This document shows positions 1 to 5,286 of a stretch of DNA of 5,286 nt, piece by piece. Made by a program: the position numbers and the translations under genes. The DNA is taken from positions 1 through 5,286 of the IMG/VR virus record IMGVR_UViG_2675903606_000003, one strand, 5' to 3'. The notes beneath the pieces are model-generated. The model saw only the letters and a program-made list of their open reading frames with translations, was not told where the DNA came from and did no database searches. This DNA comes from a virus (Duplodnaviria; Heunggongvirae; Uroviricota; Caudoviricetes). The first letter of the stretch is position 1. Each line of letters begins with the position of its first letter.

Positions 1-231
1 ACCCCTGATGCAGTTGAAAAAATTCAGGCGTTGTTACCAGCGATCGAAAAGGCAATGCCACCTTTGCTGGTGGCCAGAATGCGCAGCCACAGTTCAGCTT
101 ATTTTCGGGAGCTGGTGGAGACGCGGGAGCGACTGGTGAGAGACGCTGATGATTTTGTCGCAGTGGCAATCGCCGGTTTCAATCAGATGAACAGTGGTGG
201 CCCGGCAGGAAATGCTGTGGCAGTACATTGA
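1..231 (+). CDS. 3' portion of a phage early-region protein that starts upstream of the window (5' partial)
   Basis: Frame 1 is open from base 1 to TGA at 229-231 (TPDAVEKIQALLPAIEKAMPPLLVARM...AVAVH). The ORF-track TTG at 31 and the internal ATG at 55 lack a properly spaced Shine-Dalgarno, so the gene most likely begins upstream. Position immediately before the replication initiator suggests a YdaT/CII-position early protein, but that identity is a guess from gene order only. Confidence 0.5.
   Translation, partial: TPDAVEKIQALLPAIEKAMPPLLVARMRSHSSAYFRELVETRERLVRDADDFVAVAIAGFNQMNSGGPAGNAVAVH
66..73 (+). other. Chi octamer 5'-GCTGGTGG-3'
   Basis: Exact match to the E. coli Chi sequence read directly on the + strand. 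Confidence 0.6.
111..118 (+). other. Chi octamer 5'-GCTGGTGG-3' (second copy, 45 bp downstream of the first)
   Basis: Exact match to Chi, same orientation as the copy at 66-73. Confidence 0.6.
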
Positions 232-302
232 CTGACAATAGCCATATCGAATCGCTTCCGGCAACTCGTGAGTAAAAAGATTCGGTATCAGAAGAGGTGA
301 GT

Positions 303-1361
303 ATGGCTAACGCCTGGCTCAGATTATGGCATGACATGCCGAATGACCCTAAGTGGCGAACAATTGCCAGGGTGTCAGGGCAGCCAATTGCAACAGTGAT
401 GGCAGTGTATATCCACCTCCTGGTGAGCGCGTCACGAAATGTCACGCGAGGTCACATTGATGTCACGACAGAAGATTTGGCAAGTGCGCTCGACGTGACA
501 GAAGAGGTAATTGATTCAATTTTGCAGACGATGCAGGGGCGGGTACTTGATGGTGATTTAATCACTGGATGGGAAAAACGCCAGGTGCTTAAAGAGGACA
601 ACGGCAATATTTCGCAAACCGCAAAATCTCCTGCAGAGCGCAAGAGGGCGCAGCGAGAGAGGGAAAGAAAGCGGGAACAAAATGGCGATTGTCACGGCGC
701 GTCACGAAATGTCACGCACATGTCACGACGAGTCACGACAGATAAAGATACAGATAAAGATACAGATAAAGATACAGATCAAGAAGATCAAAACACTATG
801 GTCCATGGCGTAAAAAACGCCACGAACCAGGCAGGGGATGTTCAGACCGTCAATCCTGGTCAGCCAGCAGGCACGACACCGGAAGCCGATTCGGGCGCTG
901 TGCAGCAGGTGATGACCGCAAGGCCGGAGCAATCACTCCAACTGCAGCAGCCTGAAGCCGATTCCGCCATTCAGCGGGAAGCCGATCGGGTAGCCCCGGA
1001 AAACACCGGGCAGCCTGTGGGACGAGTGGATTATCCGGATGTGTTCGAACAGGTCTGGCGGGAATACCCGTTGCGTGCCGGGGCAAACCCGAAGAAATCC
1101 GCTTTCAGTGCCTGGAAGGCCAGATTGCGCGAGGGGGTGCCACCAGAGACCATGCTGGATGGTGTGAGGCGTTACGCAAGATACCTGGCGGCGACCGGGA
1201 AAGCGGGAACGGAATTTGTTCAGCGAGCGACGACGTTTTTTGGGCCGGACCGGAATTTTGAAAACCCCTGGTTGCTCCCGGTAAGCGGCACGAACAACCA
1301 GCGTTGTGTGAATCATATTTCTGAACCGGACACTGAAATACCGCCGGGATTCAGGGGGTGA
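303..1361 (+). CDS. Phage replication initiator / replisome organizer (lambda O-like architecture)
   Basis: ATG at 303 with AGAAGAGG Shine-Dalgarno 6 nt upstream (the track's GTG at 297 is the alternative start); stop TGA 1359-1361. Contains iteron arrays and a low-complexity charged linker (AERKRAQRERERKREQ...TDKDTDKDTDKDTDQEDQ) between an N-terminal domain (WLRLWHDMPNDPKWRTIA...) and a C-terminal domain (VDYPDVFEQVWREYPLRAGANPKKSAFSAWKARL...). Sits directly upstream of a DnaC-like gene, as O/P or YdaU/YdaV-type modules do. Family is inferred from architecture, not a search. Confidence 0.8.
   Translation: MANAWLRLWHDMPNDPKWRTIARVSGQPIATVMAVYIHLLVSASRNVTRGHIDVTTEDLASALDVTEEVIDSILQTMQGRVLDGDLITGWEKRQVLKEDNGNISQTAKSPAERKRAQRERERKREQNGDCHGASRNVTHMSRRVTTDKDTDKDTDKDTDQEDQNTMVHGVKNATNQAGDVQTVNPGQPAGTTPEADSGAVQQVMTARPEQSLQLQQPEADSAIQREADRVAPENTGQPVGRVDYPDVFEQVWREYPLRAGANPKKSAFSAWKARLREGVPPETMLDGVRRYARYLAATGKAGTEFVQRATTFFGPDRNFENPWLLPVSGTNNQRCVNHISEPDTEIPPGFRG
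431..467 (+). repeat. Iteron array A: four GTCACG/GTCACA hexamers at 10-11 bp spacing inside the initiator gene
   Basis: GTCACG at 431-436, 441-446 and 462-467; GTCACA at 451-456. An inverted copy CGTGAC lies at 494-499. Confidence 0.7.
691..737 (+). repeat. Iteron array B: five GTCACG hexamers at 10-11 bp (helical-turn) spacing
   Basis: GTCACG at 691-696, 701-706, 711-716, 722-727 and 732-737. The block 700-717 (cgtcacgaaatgtcacgc) is identical to 430-447, and 732-742 (gtcacgacaga) is identical to 462-472. Confidence 0.75.
738..779 (+). repeat. 12-bp tandem repeat (ACAGATAAAGAT) x3.5, A-rich, immediately 3' of iteron array B
   Basis: Perfect copies at 738-749, 750-761 and 762-773, partial copy 774-779. 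In frame, it encodes TDKDTDKDTDKDTD. GATC sites at 777-780 and 786-789. Confidence 0.85.
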
Positions 1362-1367
1362 CGTGTC

Positions 1368-2114
1368 ATGAAAAACATTGCGGCAGTTGGGGTTCTTGAA
1401 CGTATTCGCAGACTTGCACCACAGGGGGCGGTTCCACCGTACCGGACGGTGGAGGAGTGGCGGGAATGGCAACTTGCTGAAGGACGAAAACGCAGCGAGG
1501 AGATTAACCGCCAGAATCGCCAGTTGCGGGTGGAAAAAATCCTGAATCGTTCGGGCATCCAGCCTCTGCACAGCAAATGCTCGTTTGCAAATTATCAGGT
1601 GCAGAACGACGGGCAAAAATACGCGCTGAGCCAGGCCAAATCCATAGCTGACGAACTGATGACCGGGTGCACGAATTTTGTGTTCAGCGGTAAAACCGGC
1701 ACCGGGAAAAATCACCTTGCAGCGGCGATGGGCAACCGGCTGATGGTGAAGGGGCGCAGCGTGATTATCGTCACCGTGTCTGACGTCATGAGCGTGTTGC
1801 ATGACAGCTACGACAACGGCAAATCCGGGGAAAAATTTTTACAGGAGTTTTGCGGGGTTGATTTGCTGGTCCTGGATGAAATAGGCGTTCAGCGGGAGAC
1901 GAAAAATGAGCAGGTGGTATTGCACCAGATAATTGATCGCCGGACAGCATCACTGTGCAGTGTCGGGATGTTAACAAACCTGAATCATGCCGCAATGAGT
2001 ACGCTTCTTGGTGAGAGGATTATGGACCGCATGACCATGAACGGTGGTCGATGGGTGACGTTTAACTGGGATAGCTGGCGTCCAAATGTCAGCAATCAGA
2101 GGGTTGTGAAGTAA
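1368..2114 (+). CDS. DnaC/IstB-like AAA+ ATPase, putative replicative helicase loader (Rac YdaV-like)
   Basis: ATG 1368 with AGGGGG Shine-Dalgarno 9 nt upstream; stop TAA 2112-2114. Walker A FSGKTGTGKNHLAAA (about 1683-1727) and Walker B DLLVLDEIG (about 1860-1886). Length of 248 aa and motif layout are typical of DnaC-family loaders. Starts 6 nt after the initiator's stop. Confidence 0.9.
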   Translation: MKNIAAVGVLERIRRLAPQGAVPPYRTVEEWREWQLAEGRKRSEEINRQNRQLRVEKILNRSGIQPLHSKCSFANYQVQNDGQKYALSQAKSIADELMTGCTNFVFSGKTGTGKNHLAAAMGNRLMVKGRSVIIVTVSDVMSVLHDSYDNGKSGEKFLQEFCGVDLLVLDEIGVQRETKNEQVVLHQIIDRRTASLCSVGMLTNLNHAAMSTLLGERIMDRMTMNGGRWVTFNWDSWRPNVSNQRVVK

Positions 2115-2135
2115 TTTTTGTTGGAGGACGTTTTA

Positions 2136-2906
2136 ATGGAAACTGTATTTGACGCACTGAAAGCAATGGGAAAAGCCACATCGGTAGAACTGGCCGCGCG
2201 ACTTGATATCAGTCGTGAAGAGGTTCTCAACGAGCTGTGGGAACTCAAAAGAAATGGCGTCGTTGATAAAACTGGTCACACCTGGTTTCTGGCTGGCGAA
2301 GGTGAATCCCGGGTAACCGAAGAGCGGCCAGTAAAATCTGAAGCACAGGATATGCTGACCGGGGAGGTCGAACAAAAAGTTACCGCAGACATGATGATTG
2401 AGTTTATCGGTCAGGATGGTGCTAAAACGTGTGAGGAACTGGCGGGTAAGTTCGGCGTCAGTACTCGCAAGGTTGCCTCCACGCTGGCGGTGGTAACCGC
2501 AACGGGGCAGCTGGCACGCGTTAATCAGAACGGTAAATTTCGTTACTGCATGCCGGGCGATAATTTACCAGCAGAGCCGAAAGCCGCGCTGGTAACGGAA
2601 AGTGATGGTAAGGCCTTTCCTCAGCCAGCAGGTGCTGCGTTACCAGTCCGGGAAGCCGCAACACAGGAAGAAATTAAAACAGAAACTGTGGCGGACATTG
2701 TGCAGCCGTTGCTATCGTTTACCGAAACGCAAGCAGATGAGCTGATTTTTCCGTCCCTTCGCAGGGCAAACCTGGCGCTGCGCAGGGCGAAAAGTGATGT
2801 TCAGAAGTGGGAGCGAGTCTGCGCCGCTCTGCGGGAGCTGAACAAGCACCGGGATATTGTTCGACAGATTACTGATTCTTCCCGCCATGTTGTATCGGAA
2901 AAGTGA
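2136..2906 (+). CDS. Hypothetical protein with two tandem winged-helix-like repeats
   Basis: ATG 2136 preceded by GGAGG at 2123-2127 (the track's TTG at 2118 is a less likely start); stop TGA 2904-2906. Two repeats with the same pattern: residues about 5-45 ([39 protein letters not shown]) and about 90-130 ([41 protein letters not shown]). The fold assignment is from pattern reading only. Confidence 0.7.
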   Translation: METVFDALKAMGKATSVELAARLDISREEVLNELWELKRNGVVDKTGHTWFLAGEGESRVTEERPVKSEAQDMLTGEVEQKVTADMMIEFIGQDGAKTCEELAGKFGVSTRKVASTLAVVTATGQLARVNQNGKFRYCMPGDNLPAEPKAALVTESDGKAFPQPAGAALPVREAATQEEIKTETVADIVQPLLSFTETQADELIFPSLRRANLALRRAKSDVQKWERVCAALRELNKHRDIVRQITDSSRHVVSEK

Positions 2907-2921
2907 TTGCCGGAGGCGCTT

Positions 2922-3314
2922 ATGGCAAAAGTATTTACACCAGAAGAGCGGGAAGAAGTGAAGGCGCGCATTGTGGAATTCGTGCGCCTGAGCGGACGAG
3001 AAACTTTTCGACAACTGGCAGATAAAACGGGTGTCAGTAAGACCGCTATTCGTCGTTTATCTGGTGCGCTTGCGGCCAGTGGTGATGTCTGGCTCTCTGG
3101 TTGCGGGGTATTTCCATCAGAGCAGGCGTATCGCGTATGGCGTAAGACACCGGAGAAGGCTGCTGACCCGACACTGATTCGAAAGTTACCTGACGGAGAA
3201 ATACGTCGTTACAACAGACGGCAGAACATAATTTGTCGTGAGTGCCGCCAGAGCGAAGTTATGCAGCGTGTGCTGGCGTTCTATCGGGGAAACTTTCAGG
3301 AGGTGATGGAGTGA
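2922..3314 (+). CDS. Hypothetical phage protein (130 aa)
   Basis: ATG 2922 with GGAGG at 2912-2916; stop TGA 3312-3314. The N-terminal 50 residues (VSKTAIRRL region) have an HTH-like pattern; there is a CxxC pair near the C-terminus (ICRECRQ). The track's TTG at 2907 is a less likely start. Confidence 0.65.
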   Translation: MAKVFTPEEREEVKARIVEFVRLSGRETFRQLADKTGVSKTAIRRLSGALAASGDVWLSGCGVFPSEQAYRVWRKTPEKAADPTLIRKLPDGEIRRYNRRQNIICRECRQSEVMQRVLAFYRGNFQEVME

Positions 3315-3614
3315 GGGTCAGAGTTTATATTGCCGGTCCAATGACGGGATATGAAAATTTCAACCGTGAGGCGTTTCACAAGGCGGAAGAGGAACTGAAA
3401 CGGGAAGGGCATACCGTCTTAAACCCGGCAGTACTTCCGGACGGGCTGACACAGCCGCACTACATGGATATTTGCATGGCAATGATTCGTTGTGTGGATG
3501 CGATTTACATGCTGAATGGCTGGCAGCGGTCAGCGGTCAGCGGGCGCTAAGGCAGAGCTGGCACTGGCGGAGAAACTGGGGCATGCAGTGATTTATCAGG
3601 AGGTGGCTCAATGA
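3311..3614 (+). pseudogene. DUF4406-like gene (nucleoside 2-deoxyribosyltransferase-like fold) disrupted by a +1 frameshift from a 7-bp tandem duplication
   Basis: GTG 3311 overlaps the upstream stop (GTGA) and follows AGGAGGTGA. The N-terminus RVRVYIAGPMTGYENFNREAFHKAEEELKREGHTVLNP matches my recollection of the DUF4406 signature. The frame terminates at TAA 3548-3550 right after the repeat CAGCGGT-CAGCGGT-CAGCGGG (3524-3544). The +1 frame then continues open (SAGAKAELALAEKLGHAVIYQEVAQ) to TGA 3612-3614, which overlaps the next gene's ATG 3611 (ATGA). Removing one 7-mer gives a single ORF of about 99 aa. Confidence 0.6.
3524..3544 (+). repeat. 7-bp tandem repeat (CAGCGGT x2 plus CAGCGGG) at the frameshift site
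   Basis: Read directly: cagcggt (3524-3530), cagcggt (3531-3537), cagcggg (3538-3544). Confidence 0.9.
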
Positions 3615-4072
3615 GAGAGGTTAACTATGAGGCGCTTCGTGAGGCAGCACAAAACTATCAGTCGACGCTGGCGTGGTATCAGGCTATCCCGGACAGCCCA
3701 AATGCTGAACGGGATTGTGATGCGGCTCTTGCTGCGTTTAAGCGTCACATCCGTCATCGGGAAGCGGATATTATCGCTGATTTGCTGGATGGACTGGAAG
3801 AAGCAAAATCACAACTCAAAGAGCAGCGTGAGTATTACGAAGGCGTTATCTCTGATGGGAGCAAGCGTATTGCTGAACTGGAAGCGCGGGAAGTTCAATT
3901 ACCGACTCGCTACGACCTTCGATATGGACACCCGATAAATGCAGATGAGCGACATGTCATGATACCTAAAGAAAATGGCAGTTGGCTTTACCTGATTGAC
4001 CTAGAACACGCATTACGCGTCTCTGGCATTCGCATCAAAGGAGAGGAGCATGGAAATAAAACCAGAGGATGA
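3611..4072 (+). CDS. Hypothetical phage protein (153 aa)
   Basis: ATG 3611 with AGGAGG at 3598-3603; stop TGA 4070-4072. Coiled-coil-like middle section (EEAKSQLKEQREYYEGVISDGSKRIAELEAREVQL). No family recognised. Confidence 0.7.
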   Translation: MREVNYEALREAAQNYQSTLAWYQAIPDSPNAERDCDAALAAFKRHIRHREADIIADLLDGLEEAKSQLKEQREYYEGVISDGSKRIAELEAREVQLPTRYDLRYGHPINADERHVMIPKENGSWLYLIDLEHALRVSGIRIKGEEHGNKTRG

Positions 4073-4406
4073 GTTAAGCAATATCGTTTTATTTCCGGTA
4101 AAAGAGGATGACCCTCGTAATCAGGTTAATTTTCTTTATGAGCCATCGGAAAGACCATATTGTCATCACGCCTCTGTTCGGGTTGACGAAAAAGAGCGCT
4201 AGGTCCGCTGTAAAATCTGCGGTGCGGTTGTGGAGCCGTTTGACTGGATGCTCTCTGTGGCGAAAAGAGAAACCAGACTGGCAGATGATGTAAGGCTATT
4301 GCGCCAGGAGGAACAGGAAAGGCGGAAAAATATAGAAAAGTTAATTCAGATTGAACGTAACGCGAAAGCGCGGATACGCAGGGCGACAAAATCCAGAACT
4401 GAATAA
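4050..4406 (+). pseudogene. Small zinc-ribbon-like protein gene interrupted by an in-frame amber (TAG) codon at 4200-4202
   Basis: ATG 4050 with AGGAGAGGAG 2-11 nt upstream. Translation: MEIKPEDELSNIVLFPVKEDDPRNQVNFLYEPSERPYCHHASVRVDEKER-TAG-VRCKICGAVVEPFDWMLSVAKRETRLADDVRLLRQEEQERRKNIEKLIQIERNAKARIRRATKSRTE, ending at TAA 4404-4406. The segment after TAG has no start codon with a Shine-Dalgarno, so it is unlikely to be a separate gene. Cys/His residues lie on both sides of the TAG. Confidence 0.5.
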
Positions 4407-4456
4407 ATAAATTTAGCGCTGTAAATAAAATCTAATCCTTAACTGGAGGTGTATTT

Positions 4457-4669
4457 ATGTTAAATACACAGAAAGCCATTAATGCGGAAAAATATAACGA
4501 GTGGGCAAGAAAATTCTCTGAGCAGATTTTTAAAATTACTGGCGATGAGAATGCGGCAAAAAATGAATTAGAACCGTGGACACCTGAAGGAAACGCACCA
4601 AATTATTGCTGGTGGGAGGTTGATCCGGTTGATGTTGCAAATGAAGCCATGAGTTACCACAACGATTAA
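4457..4669 (+). CDS. Hypothetical small protein (70 aa)
   Basis: ATG 4457 with GGAGG at 4445-4449 (7 nt spacing); stop TAA 4667-4669. Preceded by a 50-bp AT-rich intergenic region. Confidence 0.6.
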   Translation: MLNTQKAINAEKYNEWARKFSEQIFKITGDENAAKNELEPWTPEGNAPNYCWWEVDPVDVANEAMSYHND

Positions 4670-4678
4670 TGTCAGGAG

Positions 4679-4696
4679 GCCGCCTGAAAGGGCGGT
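4679..4696 (+). other. Short GC hairpin (CCGCC / loop TGAAAG / GGCGG) in the intergenic region
   Basis: 5-bp GC stem at 4680-4684 and 4691-4695 with a 6-nt loop. No downstream U-run, so not a classical intrinsic terminator. The stem abuts an AGGAGG at 4674-4679. Confidence 0.25.
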
Positions 4697-4701
4697 AAGA
4701 A

Positions 4702-4920
4702 ATGACTACATTATTCAGAAAAGAATATCCGAGAAAAAGTAGAGCGACAGAATTTTTGTTTCTCATTATATTTATCGTGTTGATGATACCGATACCCCCG
4801 CTATTACTGGTCTGGTTTATCGTGAAAATAATTGAGCCAGTTATTGAATTGTATAACGACGTGGTGTGGGCGTCGTTCAGCACACTGCACAATAAAATTA
4901 ATCCGTATAAGGAAAGCTGA
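4702..4920 (+). CDS. Small membrane protein (72 aa, one predicted transmembrane helix)
   Basis: ATG 4702; stop TGA 4918-4920. Hydrophobic stretch FLFLIIFIVLMIPIPPLLLVWFIVKII after a basic N-terminus (RKEYPRKSRATE). Local GC content is clearly lower than in the replication genes. Confidence 0.55.
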   Translation: MTTLFRKEYPRKSRATEFLFLIIFIVLMIPIPPLLLVWFIVKIIEPVIELYNDVVWASFSTLHNKINPYKES

Positions 4921-4921
4921 T

Positions 4922-5286
4922 ATGGCACTGACGAAAAAACAACGTGCAGAGCTGCGCATGAAGTTCGGCGGTCGCTGTGCTTATTGCGGCTGCGAACTTG
5001 GCGAAAAGTGGCATGCAGACCATGTAAAACCGGTCATTCGTTTTGATGGAAATATGCTTCACCAGGAACGTGACGATATATCCAACATGGTTCCGGCATG
5101 CCACCCATGCAATCTGCACAAGCATTGCAGTAGTCTGGAAGATTATCGGCGAATTATCAGTGATGGTCGTCGTGAATTCCTTGCGTCCGGGAAAGGCAAA
5201 GCGCTGGTTCGTATGGGATTGGTTGAAATGAAATCTGACCCAGTTGTGTTCTGGTTTGAAAAATATCAAGAAGGGGCTACGGCATG
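4922..5286 (+). CDS. HNH endonuclease (3' partial, continues beyond the window)
   Basis: ATG 4922 with AAGGA at 4909-4913. HNH signature: CAYCGC...WHADHVKP...N...CHPCNLHKH (CxxC, H-x-D-H, conserved Asn, CxxCN..K). No stop codon before base 5286. Confidence 0.8.
   Translation, partial: MALTKKQRAELRMKFGGRCAYCGCELGEKWHADHVKPVIRFDGNMLHQERDDISNMVPACHPCNLHKHCSSLEDYRRIISDGRREFLASGKGKALVRMGLVEMKSDPVVFWFEKYQEGATA

Larger units (their letters stand above)
691..790. other. Putative phage origin of replication (iterons plus adjacent A-rich repeat) embedded in the initiator gene
   Basis: Helically phased iterons followed by an A-rich repetitive stretch, located in the interdomain linker region of the initiator gene, mirrors the organisation of ori-lambda inside the O gene. 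Inference from architecture. Confidence 0.55.

Noticed and set aside
228-260. TTGACT (-35-like) at 228-233 upstream of the initiator gene
   Set aside because: No acceptable -10 hexamer lies 16-18 bp downstream, and the genes appear to be co-transcribed from upstream.
179-445. 88-aa minus-strand ORF across the 1-231 gene end and the initiator start
   Set aside because: It overlaps supported + strand genes and the intergenic start region, and no Shine-Dalgarno or recognisable motif was seen.
431-780. Possibility that the short direct repeats are a CRISPR array
   Set aside because: The repeat units are only 6-12 bp with about 4-bp spacers, lie in frame within a coding sequence, and fit iteron and tandem-repeat architecture. 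CRISPR repeats are about 24-47 bp with spacers of similar length.
1031-1039. DnaA-box-like 9-mer TTATCCGGA
   Set aside because: It has two mismatches to the TTATCCACA consensus, is a single copy, and lies well inside the C-terminal coding region away from the iterons.
933-1802. 289-aa ORF on the minus strand spanning the end of the initiator gene and the start of the DnaC-like gene
   Set aside because: It is antisense to two genes with strong motif and Shine-Dalgarno support. Its translation is Arg/Pro/His-rich and low-complexity, typical of antisense reading of GC-rich coding DNA, and it has no convincing start context.
3627-3938. 103-aa + strand ORF in an alternative frame inside the 3611-4072 gene
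   Set aside because: It is nested in another frame of a gene that has a proper Shine-Dalgarno and coupled start, and has no start signal of its own.
4108-4389. Track ORFs 4108-4293 (+) and 4126-4389 (-) overlapping the amber-interrupted gene
   Set aside because: Neither has a Shine-Dalgarno. The frame starting at ATG 4050 has a strong one and reads a coherent Cys/His-containing protein on both sides of the TAG, so these are most likely frame artefacts.
4407-4456. Candidate sigma-70 promoter in the AT-rich intergenic region (TAAATA/TAAAAT at 4422-4431)
   Set aside because: There are -10-like hexamers but no properly spaced -35 element. Being AT-rich alone is not sufficient, so it is not annotated as a feature.
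4536-5269. Minus-strand ORFs 4536-4928 (130 aa) and 4898-5269 (123 aa)
   Set aside because: They are antisense to the + strand small genes and to the HNH gene, which has a clear catalytic motif. No start signals were seen.

Overview
This window reads as the early/replication region of a lambdoid (Rac-like) prophage from an E. coli-like enterobacterium, with every supported gene on the + strand in a tightly packed, translationally coupled array. In order: the 3' end of an upstream gene (1-231) carrying two Chi octamers; an O-like replication initiator (303-1361) with two internal GTCACG iteron arrays and an A-rich 12-bp tandem repeat that together look like an embedded origin; a DnaC/IstB-like AAA+ helicase loader (1368-2114); a protein with two tandem winged-helix-like repeats (2136-2906); a 130-aa hypothetical (2922-3314); a DUF4406-like gene broken by a 7-bp tandem duplication (3311-3614); a 153-aa hypothetical (3611-4072); a small ORF interrupted by an in-frame amber codon (4050-4406); two small genes in an AT-rich block (4457-4920), one a predicted membrane protein; and an HNH endonuclease running off the 3' edge (4922-5286). 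No tRNA, rRNA, CRISPR array or transposase was seen. The points most worth a second look are the intragenic origin, the two apparently inactivated genes, and the run of uncharacterised small genes between the replication module and the HNH gene. I did not find a recognisable novel multi-gene system. All family assignments are from motif reading and memory, not from searches.
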